Positions 39,494-49,643 of a DNA stretch of 64,000 nucleotides are shown here, in pieces (the first letter of the stretch is position 1; every line of letters starts with the position of its first letter). The DNA lies in the NCBI GenBank assembly GCA_029219385.1, contig JAQXTH010000021.1:10499-74498 (forward strand), written 5' to 3'. The DNA is from Prevotellaceae bacterium (lineage in GTDB: Bacteria > Bacteroidota > Bacteroidia > Bacteroidales > Bacteroidaceae). The position numbers and the translations under genes are program-made. The notes below the pieces were generated by a model, which worked only from the letters and a program-made list of their open reading frames with translations, did no database searches and was not told the origin of the DNA.

Positions 39494-40996
39494 TTATTTT
39501 GCAGATTTCAGCAGGTAATCTCTTATTGGAACAATGGCACGAGGTTTGTTCAATTCCAAAGGTTCGCTCTCGACTCCATAGCGATTGATTGCCGTGACGG
39601 CATAATAGGGCAGCAACGCTTGTGGAACGGGCATGGGAAGCAACAACGAAGTGTCTTCCACATTGGTTTGGTAGATATTGGCTGCGTTTTCAATATCTAC
39701 AGGATAGTTATTGCTGCGATATATCACATAAGTGCAACCCTCAACCGGCGACCACGACAACTTGGTGTCAGACGCGCCATAAAAGATTTCTCCACTTTCG
39801 GGCCGCACGGGCATGGGAACATTGTCGCCCGTCAGAGCCGGAGGCAAAGCCCTGAGGCGGTAGAGATTGTTCTTTAATAATGTATGTATTCCCTTGGGAT
39901 TGTCGGTGACAAAGCGCGAACGGAAAAACACCTGCCCTCCTGCCCCCTTGGCACGACAAAACTCAATCTCGTTTTCCATGACCGAGCGCGGCCAGTCTTT
40001 TTGGTTGCGGTCGATGAGATAAACGCCCAATCCGGCAGCAATGCAACGACCGTTGGCATCGTCTTGCCAATCAATCAAAAACGGATAAAAATGGTTTCCC
40101 CTGAAATACATCATTGGCATAAGAATATCCATCCACCCTTCTTTGAGCCACAGTTTGGCATCTTGGCATACTGCCCTATAAGCATTCCAGCCTCCCGAGG
40201 GATAGCGTTTTGTGTCGTCGTATTTGCCCACGGGGCTGCAACTGATTGCAACCCACGGTTTCAGGGCTTTCACTCTGTCGTGAACGGCCTTGACGCAGCG
40301 CGAAATATTGTCTCTGCGCCACGAAGCCACCGACTGCCCTTTAGGCGCGTAGCGCGAATATGTGGCAGCGTCATTAAACTTCACTTCTTTCTCGGGGTAG
40401 CGTATATAATCGAGACTTATTCCGTCGACATCATAATTTCTTACTATCTCCTCGCATATCGAAGCGAGATAGTCGGCCGTTTCGGGCATTCCCGGATTGA
40501 GCATATATGATTCGTTGGTCTTGAGACACAATTGAGGCACTCGGCGCTCTATGGCTTTTTGTCCGAGGGCTTTTGACTGCGCAAACTTGTTGGCAGGGAT
40601 TGCCACCACCCATGCGTGAAATTGCATTCCTCTTTTGTGGCATTCCTCAACGGCAAAAGCAAGTGGGTCGTAGCCGGGATTGCCGCCATAGCGTCCGGTG
40701 AGACAAGCGTCCCACGGTTCTATGGCCGAGGGATAAACAACCGTTCCCCTTATGCGCATTTGCATAACCACCGCATTGAAATTTGCCGCGGCGAGTTTGT
40801 CTAAGATGTCACACAACTGTTGACGCTGCTTTTTGGCGCTCTCTCTGTTCGTTGCCTTGATCGAAGGCCAGTCGAGACCATTGAGAGTGGTGAGCCACAC
40901 TGCCCTCAGTTCGCGCTTAGGACTTTTTGGCGTGATTTGCGAACGTGCTACAAGACTAATTACAAAGAAAAAAAACAAAAAAAAGTATCTTGACAT
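39494..40996 (-). CDS. GHL10 (DUF187, YngK/YddW-like) glycoside-hydrolase-like protein, paralogue 1
   Basis: Starts MSRYFFLFFFFVISLVARSQ (CAT at 40994-40996). Has the RELRAVWLTTLNGLDWP signature, a TIM-barrel-like region (FNAVVMQMR, HAWV, DGISLDYIRYP) and a C-terminal Ig-like domain. The track ORF is over-extended. Confidence 0.75.
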   Translation of the reverse strand: MSRYFFLFFFFVISLVARSQITPKSPKRELRAVWLTTLNGLDWPSIKATNRESAKKQRQQLCDILDKLAAANFNAVVMQMRIRGTVVYPSAIEPWDACLTGRYGGNPGYDPLAFAVEECHKRGMQFHAWVVAIPANKFAQSKALGQKAIERRVPQLCLKTNESYMLNPGMPETADYLASICEEIVRNYDVDGISLDYIRYPEKEVKFNDAATYSRYAPKGQSVASWRRDNISRCVKAVHDRVKALKPWVAISCSPVGKYDDTKRYPSGGWNAYRAVCQDAKLWLKEGWMDILMPMMYFRGNHFYPFLIDWQDDANGRCIAAGLGVYLIDRNQKDWPRSVMENEIEFCRAKGAGGQVFFRSRFVTDNPKGIHTLLKNNLYRLRALPPALTGDNVPMPVRPESGEIFYGASDTKLSWSPVEGCTYVIYRSNNYPVDIENAANIYQTNVEDTSLLLPMPVPQALLPYYAVTAINRYGVESEPLELNKPRAIVPIRDYLLKSAK

Positions 40997-41175
40997 ATCT
41001 GAATTGCGGTGTATTGTTAATTTCTTGCAAAAATAGCATTTTTCTTTTGTTTTTATATGGCAAATAGCGAATAATTGCCTATTTTTGTATGCAGATAAGC
41101 CATACAAAGGGCAGCAAAGCAATGTTTACCACCTCTGTCGGCATAACAATAACAAACAATTAAAACATCTTATTT

Positions 41176-41652
41176 ATGAAGAAAATCGTATTGGCACTCT
41201 GTCTTTTAATGGGAGTTGCAGTGAGCAAGGCTCAGTTTGAACAAGGCACGAAATATGTCGGTGCCTCTGTGTCGGAGTTTGGTATGTCTTACAGTTCGTG
41301 TGAGAAGTTTCGCTTTGGCATTGATGCCACCGCCGGCTATTTTCTCTACGACGGAATTATGCTGAAAGCTAACGTGGGATATAGCCACAAACCTCATTTC
41401 GACGACATCACCCTTGGTGTGGGTGGCAGATATTACTTCACCCAAAACGGCATTTTCCTCGGTGCAGGCCTTGAATATTGCCACGAGACCAAGAGTTACA
41501 ACGATTTGCGCATTCCGGTCGAAGCCGGCTACTGCTTCTATCTCAACAACCATGTGAGCATCGAACCGGCTGTTTATTACAAAATGTCGCTCAACGACTT
41601 CAGCGACAAGAGTGCCGTAGGTCTGAAGATTGGTTTTGGCCTGTATTTCTAA
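41176..41652 (+). CDS. Small outer-membrane beta-barrel protein
   Basis: 158 aa. Signal peptide MKKIVLALCLLMGVAVSKAQ. Alternating hydrophobic beta-strands. C-terminal beta-signal ending GFGLYF. Confidence 0.65.
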   Translation: MKKIVLALCLLMGVAVSKAQFEQGTKYVGASVSEFGMSYSSCEKFRFGIDATAGYFLYDGIMLKANVGYSHKPHFDDITLGVGGRYYFTQNGIFLGAGLEYCHETKSYNDLRIPVEAGYCFYLNNHVSIEPAVYYKMSLNDFSDKSAVGLKIGFGLYF

Positions 41653-41690
41653 AACAGAGAGGGCTTTGTCTCTCTATCTGATTTTGCAAC

Positions 41691-42314
41691 ATGAAAAACA
41701 AAACGCCAATCGTTTTGCCCGAATTAAACAATGCAGCAGAGCCAAAGGTTCTGCTGCATTGTTGTTGTGCCCCATGCTCATCTGCCATTTTGGAATGGTG
41801 CGAAAACAACCATATAAAACCCACGGTGTTTTACAGCAATTCCAACATCTTTCCCCACACAGAATACTTTCATCGCTTAAATGAGATAAAAAACTTTTTG
41901 CTTCAACGAGACATTGACTTCGTCGAAGATACATACGACCACGATTTGTGGTTTGAGCATATAAAAGGGTTGGAAAACGAACCCGAGCGTGGCCAGCGAT
42001 GTCTTAATTGCTTTGAGTTCAGACTGAAGCGCGCTGCTCTCTATGCTGCACAACACAGTTATAATGTTCTTGCCACCACATTGGCCTCGTCGCGTTGGAA
42101 GAGTTTGGAACAGATAGCCTCAGCCGGCCAAAGGGCCGTTGAGTCGGTTGCGGAAATCTCAAAGGTTGTTTTTTGGAATCAAAACTGGCGCAAGGGCGGT
42201 CTGCAAGAGCGACGCAACTCTCTGCTGAAAGAATATGGCTTCTACAATCAGCAATATTGTGGTTGTGAATATAGCATGAGATCCTCTCGGTCAATCCTCA
42301 AAGCCGATATTTAA
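41691..42314 (+). CDS. queH: Epoxyqueuosine reductase QueH (DUF208)
   Basis: 207 aa. The LLHCCCAPCSS motif and the C-terminal YNQQYCGCEYS are typical of QueH. Confidence 0.8.
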   Translation: MKNKTPIVLPELNNAAEPKVLLHCCCAPCSSAILEWCENNHIKPTVFYSNSNIFPHTEYFHRLNEIKNFLLQRDIDFVEDTYDHDLWFEHIKGLENEPERGQRCLNCFEFRLKRAALYAAQHSYNVLATTLASSRWKSLEQIASAGQRAVESVAEISKVVFWNQNWRKGGLQERRNSLLKEYGFYNQQYCGCEYSMRSSRSILKADI

Positions 42315-42315
42315 C

Positions 42316-45102
42316 CTAACGGAGGGGTAACTTCTCTCTTAGGAATTGCGCAGTGTGGCTCTCCTTGCATTTTGCCACTCGTTGCGGTGACCCCTCAACA
42401 ACTATTTGTCCACCGCGATCTCCCCCGTCGGGACCAAGATCTATGATATGGTCAGCCGACTTGATTATCTCCATGTTGTGCTCAACAATCACAATGGTGT
42501 GGCCGCGCTGCAAAAGGGCCTCAAACGCCCTCAGCAACACGCTGATGTCGTGAAAATGAAGTCCTGTGGTTGGTTCGTCAAATATAAATAGTGTAGGTTG
42601 AGCCTTTTCTCCGGCAAGAAACGACGCAAGTTTCACACGCTGATTTTCTCCCCCCGAGAGTGTCGACGAGGGTTGTCCCAACTTGATATACCCGAGGCCG
42701 ACATCTTGCAGAGGTTTTATGCGCCGGGCTATGGCAGCCTGGTTGTTGCGAGTGAAAAAGTCGATTGCTTCATCTACTTCCATATCAAGAATATCACTGA
42801 TGTTTTTACCGGCAAACCTCACTTCGAGCACGTCTTTCTTGAAGCGCTTGCCATGACATTCCTCACACTCGATCTCCATGTCGGCCATAAACTGCATGGA
42901 GACTTTTATTTTTCCCTCACCATTACAATTGTCGCAACGTCCGCCCTCGGCATTAAACGAAAATGTGGCAGCCGAAAAATCCATTTGCACGGCAAGCGGT
43001 TGCTCGGCCATAAGGCGACGTATTTGGTCGTAGGCTTTAATATAGGTCACAGGATTGCTGCGCGAAGAAGTGCCTATGCCCGATTGGTCTATCAAGGTCA
43101 CTCCCTTTATGGCATTAAGATCTCCCTCAATAGACAAGTGTTCGCCCGGCCTATCACAAGGCTCGTCAAAATGTCGTTTTAATCCTCTATAAAGAATATT
43201 TGTAACAAGGCTCGACTTGCCACTTCCACTCACGCCCGTCACCACCGTCATCACATTTAAGGGAAAAACAACATCTATCCCTTTAAGATTGTTGGCTCTC
43301 GCCCCTCTCACAATGATTTTCTTGTTCGACACCCTTGTGGATTTAGGCACCGGGATGGTTTCTTCGCCCAAGAGAAATTTCACCGTGTGGCTACTGCCAT
43401 TGGGCTTCATGTCGGCCACCGTTCCACTAAAGACAATTTGTCCACCCTTGATGCCGGCTTGGGGACCAATATCGATGATATAATCTGCCGCGCGCATTAT
43501 TTCTTCATCGTGTTCTACCACCACAACCGTGTTGCCCAATCGCTGCAACTTGCGCAACACAGAGATTAGTTTTTGCGTGTCTTTGGAATGAAGACCGATT
43601 GAAGGCTCGTCAAGTATATAGAGCGAACCCGTAAGACAACTTCCCAAAGAGGTCGCAATGCTTATGCGCTGACTTTCACCACCCGACAATGTGTCGGCAG
43701 TGCGGTCGAGAGTGAGATAACCCAAGCCCACATCGAGCAAAATCTCAAGTCGTTTCTTTATCTCATCAATCAATATAGGAAAATCATCTCCATTGAGTGG
43801 CTTGAATATTTCATAAAGGCGCGCCACCGACATCGAGGTGAAGTCTGTTATGCTATAACCCATGAACTTCACATATTCCACTTCTTTTTTCAGTCGCTTG
43901 CCGTGGCACACGGGACAAATCGTCTTTCCACGATAGTGGGCCAACATCACACGGTATTGTATCTTATATTGGCTGCGCCTCACCATGCTGAAAAACGCAT
44001 CAATAAAAACTTGCCGGTCTTCGGGCAAAGATTGTTCTTCTGCGTCACCATGCCAAAGAATATCTTTCTGTTCTTTTGTCAATGTATAATAAGGTGCGAA
44101 AATCGGGAAACCTTTTTTGCCTTGCCTTTCGCAAAACACACGTCTCCACTCTCCCATTTTCTCACCCCTCCAACACTGCACGGCTCCATCATAAACCGAC
44201 AAAGCAGAATTGGGTATCACCAAAGCCTCGTCAATGCCTATCGTCATGCCAAAGCCCTCACAATGTGGACATGCTCCGGCCGGAGAATTAAATGAAAACA
44301 TGGCATCGTTAGGACGCTCAAACACTATGCCGTCGCGCTCAAAAGCAATGCTGAATTTGCGCACCTCTTTTTCTGAGCGCTTGCGCACAAAACACTGCTG
44401 ATTTCCCTCATCGAAAGCCGTCTCCACACTCTCGCGCAATCTCGACATAAAATCAGCGTTCGACTTGACACTGAGTCTGTCGACCAACAAAGTAATTTGA
44501 CTATCAGGCAAAACCTTCACCCCGTTTTGCATAAGAGTCTCTATGTCTATGATCTCGCCGTCTACAACCACTCGCGAAAAACCCTGACGGGCGGCAACCT
44601 CGAATTGCTTCTTCAAATCAACCCCCTTGGCAATGGCAAAGGGACATTCGATTGTGAAATGCTGCTGCTCGCCAAGACTCATCACATAGGCCACCACGTC
44701 TTCTATCGTGTCGCTTTTAACCTCTTCTCCACTTACGGGCGAAAATGTTTTGCCTGCTCGCGCAAAAAGCATACGAAGATAATCGTAGATCTCTGTTGTG
44801 GTGGCAACCGTTGAACGGCGGTTGCGATTGGTGACCCTCTGCTCTATGGCAATGGCCGGTGGAATGCCCTTGATAAAATCACACGGGGGCTTCTTCAGTC
44901 TGCCCATAAATTGTCTTGCATAACTCGACAGACTCTCCACATAGCGCCGTTGCCCCTCTGCATAAAGGGTGTCGAAAGCCAAACTTGACTTTCCGCTTCC
45001 GCTCAATCCTGTTATCACGACAAACTTTCCGCGGGGAATTTCAACATCAATCCCCTTCAGATTGTTCACCCTGACACCTTTGGCTTGTATGCTGCCTTCC
45101 AC
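42316..45102 (-). CDS. uvrA: Excinuclease ABC subunit A
   Basis: 928 aa with a GTG start. Two ABC modules (GLSGSGKSSLAF and GVSGSGKSSLV), Zn-finger Cys clusters (CPHCEGFG, CPVCHGKR, CDNCNGEG...CEECHGKR) and LSGGESQR/LSGGENQR signatures. Confidence 0.95.
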   Translation of the reverse strand: MEGSIQAKGVRVNNLKGIDVEIPRGKFVVITGLSGSGKSSLAFDTLYAEGQRRYVESLSSYARQFMGRLKKPPCDFIKGIPPAIAIEQRVTNRNRRSTVATTTEIYDYLRMLFARAGKTFSPVSGEEVKSDTIEDVVAYVMSLGEQQHFTIECPFAIAKGVDLKKQFEVAARQGFSRVVVDGEIIDIETLMQNGVKVLPDSQITLLVDRLSVKSNADFMSRLRESVETAFDEGNQQCFVRKRSEKEVRKFSIAFERDGIVFERPNDAMFSFNSPAGACPHCEGFGMTIGIDEALVIPNSALSVYDGAVQCWRGEKMGEWRRVFCERQGKKGFPIFAPYYTLTKEQKDILWHGDAEEQSLPEDRQVFIDAFFSMVRRSQYKIQYRVMLAHYRGKTICPVCHGKRLKKEVEYVKFMGYSITDFTSMSVARLYEIFKPLNGDDFPILIDEIKKRLEILLDVGLGYLTLDRTADTLSGGESQRISIATSLGSCLTGSLYILDEPSIGLHSKDTQKLISVLRKLQRLGNTVVVVEHDEEIMRAADYIIDIGPQAGIKGGQIVFSGTVADMKPNGSSHTVKFLLGEETIPVPKSTRVSNKKIIVRGARANNLKGIDVVFPLNVMTVVTGVSGSGKSSLVTNILYRGLKRHFDEPCDRPGEHLSIEGDLNAIKGVTLIDQSGIGTSSRSNPVTYIKAYDQIRRLMAEQPLAVQMDFSAATFSFNAEGGRCDNCNGEGKIKVSMQFMADMEIECEECHGKRFKKDVLEVRFAGKNISDILDMEVDEAIDFFTRNNQAAIARRIKPLQDVGLGYIKLGQPSSTLSGGENQRVKLASFLAGEKAQPTLFIFDEPTTGLHFHDISVLLRAFEALLQRGHTIVIVEHNMEIIKSADHIIDLGPDGGDRGGQIVVEGSPQRVAKCKESHTAQFLREKLPLR

Positions 45103-45131
45103 GATTATTTCTGCATTAAAAAACTAAAGCA

Positions 45132-45461
45132 CTACTGTTCGGCTACCACCGCATAAAACTCCACATCAACCTCACCGTTATTCTTTATGCTGTGGCTCTC
45201 TCCTTTGGGGCAATAGTGACACCGACCCTCACGCAAGACAGATGTCTCGCCTTCGTGAAGCAGCGTTGCCTCTCCTTTCAACATAAAAATCACCTCGCAG
45301 TTTGTTGTGTGGGTATGCAGTCCAATACTTGCTCCCGGAATGAGCCGCCCTTTCATTATGCGCACTTTTCCGTCAAACATCATCTTGGCGGCATAGTCTT
45401 TTTCGCCACCTTTGAAATTAGGAAATATTTCTTCAGCAATATTATTAAAATCAATCGTCAT
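45132..45461 (-). CDS. Cupin-domain protein
   Basis: About 109 aa from MTIDFNNIAEEIFPNFKGG. Cupin motifs GASIGLHTHTTNCEVIFMLKGE and CPKGESHSIKNNG. Lies 29 nt upstream of uvrA on the same strand. Confidence 0.7.
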   Translation of the reverse strand: MTIDFNNIAEEIFPNFKGGEKDYAAKMMFDGKVRIMKGRLIPGASIGLHTHTTNCEVIFMLKGEATLLHEGETSVLREGRCHYCPKGESHSIKNNGEVDVEFYAVVAEQ

Positions 45462-45588
45462 GGTAATAAGAATTGTTTGCGACGACAAAGTTAGCAACTA
45501 AAAAGGGCTAATCCAAATATATAAAACCAAAAAAAGCAAAATCACGCCATACTGTTGATTATTTCTTTGTCTGCCGAAATTTTATTTG

Positions 45589-45596
45589 TAATTTTG
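45589..45596 (+). promoter_or_regulatory. Putative -7 box TAATTTTG upstream of GHL10 paralogue 2
   Basis: Exact TAnnTTTG match 51 nt upstream of the ATG at 45647. Confidence 0.5.
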
Positions 45597-45646
45597 TTGT
45601 GTAAAAAACACTCTTTATTCCATTCCTATAAAAATTCTATTTTAAA

Positions 45647-47158
45647 ATGTCATCAATCAAAAAACTAACACTACTCTTTATTCTTATTCAAATATTTTGT
45701 TTGGCAACATCGGCCCAATCACCCAACCCCAAGCGCGAGTTTCGCGGCAGTTGGATACAATGTGTCAACGGACAATTTCAGGGAATGTCGCGCGACGCAA
45801 TGCAGTCAGAACTCACCCGTCAACTCAACGCTTTGCAAAAATGCAATATCAACGCTGTGTTTTTTCAAGTAAGGGCAGAGGGCGATGCGCTCTATCCAAG
45901 CCTTTTGGAGCCGTGGAGCAGATTTCTCTCGGGCAGACAAGGAGTGGCCCCCTCGCCCATGTGGGACCCTCTCCAATGGATGATAGACCAGTGCCACAAT
46001 CGAGGCATGGAACTCCACGCATGGATAAACCCTTACAGAGCAAAAACCGCAGGAACCACCACGTTGGCCGACAACCACCCATACATAAAAAACCCATCCT
46101 TGTTTTTCAACTATGGCAAACTTATATTGTTTAATCCCGCGCTCACCGAAAACCGCGAGTATATCTGCGAAGTAGTTGCCGATATAGTCTCTCGTTATGA
46201 TGTAGACGGCATTCACATCGACGACTATTTCTATCCCTATCCTGAAGCCGGCTCTGCTATTCCCGACTCACAAGATTTCGCCCGCTATGGTGCAGGCTTC
46301 GCTTCGATTGCAGATTGGCGACGCGACAATGTAAGTCGACTGATTCACTCGCTCCACGAAACAATAAAGCGCATCAAACCTTGGGTGAAATTCGGCATTT
46401 CTCCTTTTGGCATTTACCACAACACTCGGTCGGGCAACGAAGTGCCGGGCAGCAACACTGCCGGACTGCAAAACTACGATGACCTCTATGCCGACATAAT
46501 GCTTTGGACCTCCAAAGGCTGGATTGACTACAACATTCCACAAATTTATTGGGAAATAGGCCACAAGACTGCCGACTATGACACACTGATACGCTGGTGG
46601 TCAAAATACACCTCCAACCGACCTCTGTTTATCGGGCAAGACATAAACAGAACCGTCAAAGCTTCCGACCTTAAAAATCCCAACATAAACCAATTGCCCG
46701 AAAAATTTAGACTCCAACGCTCACTGCCCGGCATTGACGGCAGTTGTATGTGGTATTCTGCTGCCATAGCCGACAACACCGGCATGATTGCCGATGCCCT
46801 TGCCGGCAACTATCACAAATATCCGGCCCTGATCCCACAAATGCCTTTCAAAGACAACAAAGCCCCAAAAAAAGTGAAAGGCGCAAAAGTGTTGTGGACC
46901 AACGACGGCCCCGTTTTGGTTTGGCTCGAAAACAAAACCTCCGACGAAATGCAACGCCAAGTGAGATATGTTGTATATCGCTTTGCCCAAAACGAAAAAA
47001 CAGACCTTAACAACCCCAAAAACATTGTTACCATCACCTCACAGACTTTTCTCAAACTGCCCTACAACGGTGGAGACAATAAATATAAATATGTCATCAC
47101 GGCACTCGACCGCTCATGGAACGAATCCAAAGGCAAATCACTCAAAGTAAAACTCTGA
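45647..47158 (+). CDS. GHL10 (DUF187, YngK/YddW-like) glycoside-hydrolase-like protein, paralogue 2
   Basis: 503 aa. Signal peptide MSSIKKLTLLFILIQIFCLATSAQ. Has REFRGSWIQCVNG, INAVFFQVR, HAWINPYR and DGIHIDDYFYPYP motifs plus a C-terminal Ig-like domain. Confidence 0.75.
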   Translation: MSSIKKLTLLFILIQIFCLATSAQSPNPKREFRGSWIQCVNGQFQGMSRDAMQSELTRQLNALQKCNINAVFFQVRAEGDALYPSLLEPWSRFLSGRQGVAPSPMWDPLQWMIDQCHNRGMELHAWINPYRAKTAGTTTLADNHPYIKNPSLFFNYGKLILFNPALTENREYICEVVADIVSRYDVDGIHIDDYFYPYPEAGSAIPDSQDFARYGAGFASIADWRRDNVSRLIHSLHETIKRIKPWVKFGISPFGIYHNTRSGNEVPGSNTAGLQNYDDLYADIMLWTSKGWIDYNIPQIYWEIGHKTADYDTLIRWWSKYTSNRPLFIGQDINRTVKASDLKNPNINQLPEKFRLQRSLPGIDGSCMWYSAAIADNTGMIADALAGNYHKYPALIPQMPFKDNKAPKKVKGAKVLWTNDGPVLVWLENKTSDEMQRQVRYVVYRFAQNEKTDLNNPKNIVTITSQTFLKLPYNGGDNKYKYVITALDRSWNESKGKSLKVKL

Positions 47159-47164
47159 ATCCCT

Positions 47165-47362
47165 ATGAATTTATTTATAAACCATACCCCCATTGAGACA
47201 CAATGCTCTACGCTCGACAAACTCGCCCAAAGCCAAAGTCTGCCCCAAAAAGGCGTCGCCATCGCCATTGACAACAAAATGATACCCCGGCAACAGTGGG
47301 CAGAGACTCCTCTTCACGAAAACATGCAAATAACCATACTGAAAGCATTTTGCGGAGGCTGA
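47165..47362 (+). CDS. thiS: Sulfur carrier protein ThiS
   Basis: 65 aa ending ...ITILKAFCGG (C-terminal GG). It is the first gene of the thi cluster. Confidence 0.85.
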   Translation: MNLFINHTPIETQCSTLDKLAQSQSLPQKGVAIAIDNKMIPRQQWAETPLHENMQITILKAFCGG

Positions 47363-47377
47363 AAACACACTTCTAAT

Positions 47378-48025
47378 ATGACCGAAATAATCAAACACAG
47401 AGGCCGTCTGCAATTCATCACCCACAAAACTCTCCATTTAGACGAGTTGGCGGGTGCCGAAGCTGTGCTCAGGGGAGGGTGTCGCTGGATACAACTGCGC
47501 ATGAAGCAGGCAACAACCAACGAAATTATAGAAATGGGTCACAAAATGCGCCAACTCTGCGACAAATACGAAGCCACCCTCATAATCGACGACCACGTTG
47601 AACTCGTAAAGGAGATAAAAGCTGATGGCGTTCACCTCGGACAAAACGATATGCCAATCAATGAGGCGCGAGCCACGCTTGGCGAACAATATATCATCGG
47701 TGGCACAGCAAACACAGCCGAACAGGCAATCGAACATTATAAAAGAGGTGCCGACTATGTGGGCTGCGGTCCTTTCAGATATACCACCACGAAACAAAAC
47801 CTCTCACCCATTCTCGGGCTCGATGGCTATAAAGATATTATCCACCGCCTTAACGAGGCACAAATCAACATTCCCGTGGTGGCAATCGGAGGCATCACAC
47901 TCAACGACATTAACGACATAATGCAAACCCTCGTAGACGGCATAGCCCTCTCGGGAGCAATATTAAACGCACCAAACCCCACCGATGAAACACAAAACAT
48001 CGTAAGAATAATCAACACGCTTTAA
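47378..48025 (+). CDS. thiE: Thiamine-phosphate synthase
   Basis: 215 aa. Motifs LQFITH, IQLRMK, LIIDDHVEL, GVHLGQNDMP, GCGPFRYTTTK and VVAIGGI. Confidence 0.88.
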   Translation: MTEIIKHRGRLQFITHKTLHLDELAGAEAVLRGGCRWIQLRMKQATTNEIIEMGHKMRQLCDKYEATLIIDDHVELVKEIKADGVHLGQNDMPINEARATLGEQYIIGGTANTAEQAIEHYKRGADYVGCGPFRYTTTKQNLSPILGLDGYKDIIHRLNEAQINIPVVAIGGITLNDINDIMQTLVDGIALSGAILNAPNPTDETQNIVRIINTL

Positions 48026-48043
48026 AATCTTTATTAAACAAAA

Positions 48044-48817
48044 ATGAAAAATCTAATCATAGCCGACAAAGAATTTCAATCCCGACTTTTTCTCGGCACC
48101 GGAAAATTCAGCAGCCACCCACTCATGGCTCAAGCCATAAAGGCCTCTCAAACCGAAATGGTCACACTCGCAATGAAACGCGCAGAACTCAACGACAAAG
48201 AAGATGACTTCGTTTCTCATATCCAACTGCCCAACATCAACCTTCTGCCCAACACAAGCGGAGTGAGAGATGCACAAGAAGCCATCTTTGCTGCTCAGAT
48301 GGCACGCGAAGCCTTTGACACTCCGTGGTTGAAACTCGAAATTCACCCCGACCCTCGCTACCTTTTGCCCGATTCCATAGAGACACTCAAGGCCACAGAA
48401 CAGTTGGTCAAAATGGGCTTCATCGTTTTGCCCTATTGCCAGGCAGATCCCACCCTTTGCAAACACCTTGAAGAAGCCGGAGCCGCTGCCGTGATGCCGC
48501 TTGGAGCACCCATCGGCACAAACAAAGGACTCAAAACCCTCGACTTTCTGAATATCATCATAGAACAGTCAAACGTGCCGGTCGTGGTAGATGCCGGCAT
48601 AGGCTCGCCAAGCCATGCCGCTCTGGCAATGGAAATCGGAGCCGATGCCTGCCTTGTAAACACAGCCATCGCCGTGGCTGGCAACCCCGTGGAAATGGCA
48701 GTGGCATTCAAAGAAGCAATAGTAGCAGGCCGACGCGCCTTTGAAGCCGGACTCGCCGTTGAGACACCCTCACTTGAGGCTCGGGCAAGTTCACCGCTCA
48801 CATCTTTTCTCGACTAA
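48044..48817 (+). CDS. thiG: Thiazole synthase
   Basis: 257 aa. Motifs [46 protein letters not shown] and VVDAGIG. Confidence 0.93.
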   Translation: MKNLIIADKEFQSRLFLGTGKFSSHPLMAQAIKASQTEMVTLAMKRAELNDKEDDFVSHIQLPNINLLPNTSGVRDAQEAIFAAQMAREAFDTPWLKLEIHPDPRYLLPDSIETLKATEQLVKMGFIVLPYCQADPTLCKHLEEAGAAAVMPLGAPIGTNKGLKTLDFLNIIIEQSNVPVVVDAGIGSPSHAALAMEIGADACLVNTAIAVAGNPVEMAVAFKEAIVAGRRAFEAGLAVETPSLEARASSPLTSFLD

Positions 48818-48835
48818 CCCACTTTCCCCAACACA

Positions 48836-49630
48836 ATGACCCCACAACAAAAACGCAGATACAGTCGCCACATCTTGCTCAACGGTTTCGGCCTCGAGGG
48901 ACAAGAAAAAATCCTCGCCGGCAAAGTGCTTGTTGTCGGTGCCGGCGGATTGGGTTCGCCCATACTGCAATATCTCGCGGCTGCCGGCATTGGACATATC
49001 GGCATTATGGACGGCGATATGGTGAGCCTCTCAAACCTTCAGCGCCAAACGATCCACACAACCTCCGACATCTCGCGCCCCAAGACAGACTCTGCCAAAG
49101 AAAAGATCTTGGCACTCAACCCAGAAGTTCGTGTCACGACATTTCCATATTTCATCACTCAAGACAATGCCCTCGACATTATTCGTCCATACGACTTCAT
49201 AATTGATGCCACCGACAATTTCTCAGCCAAATACATTATCAATGATGCGTGTGTAATGCTTTCAAAACCCTTTTCGATGGCCGGTGTAAATCGCTATGGA
49301 ATGCAAGTCACAACCCACCTCGTCGGCTCTGCCTGCTACAGGTGTTTCTTTCCCGAACCCCCTGTCCAAGAAGAGGTGGAAACCTGCGCCATGGTTGGCG
49401 TGTTAGGCTCGATCGTGGGAATGTGTGGCACCATTCAAGCCACCGAATGCATCAAACACCTTAGTGGCGTCGGCCAACTGCTCACCAACCGACTACTCTG
49501 TATCGATGCTCTGACAATGCAGTTTTCCACCATAAAAATTGAGCGAAATCCCGACTGCCCCCTTTGTGGCAATTCTCCCTCGATAAACCAACTGAGAGAA
49601 TATGCCTTTAAACCATGCAAACAACAATAA
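48836..49630 (+). CDS. thiF: ThiF/MoeB-family sulfur-carrier adenylyltransferase
   Basis: 264 aa. Motifs RYSRHILL and VLVVGAGGLGSP, with two CxxC pairs (CYRCFFP, CPLCG). Confidence 0.82.
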   Translation: MTPQQKRRYSRHILLNGFGLEGQEKILAGKVLVVGAGGLGSPILQYLAAAGIGHIGIMDGDMVSLSNLQRQTIHTTSDISRPKTDSAKEKILALNPEVRVTTFPYFITQDNALDIIRPYDFIIDATDNFSAKYIINDACVMLSKPFSMAGVNRYGMQVTTHLVGSACYRCFFPEPPVQEEVETCAMVGVLGSIVGMCGTIQATECIKHLSGVGQLLTNRLLCIDALTMQFSTIKIERNPDCPLCGNSPSINQLREYAFKPCKQQ

Positions 49631-49643
49631 ATTCACAAACAAA

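Noticed and set aside
39884-40510. 208-aa plus-strand ORF.
   Set aside because: Antisense to GHL10 paralogue 1. No motifs or expression signals.
45498-47164. Looked for a TPP (THI-box) riboswitch upstream of thiS and upstream of the preceding GHL10 gene.
   Set aside because: No CTGAGA plus ACCTGATC..GGATAATGCC..GCG-type core was seen by eye. CTGAGA hexamers elsewhere (for example 4523, 9160, 16927, 21570, 49590) lack the rest of the motif. This is reported as an absence in the findings and needs an Infernal scan to confirm.
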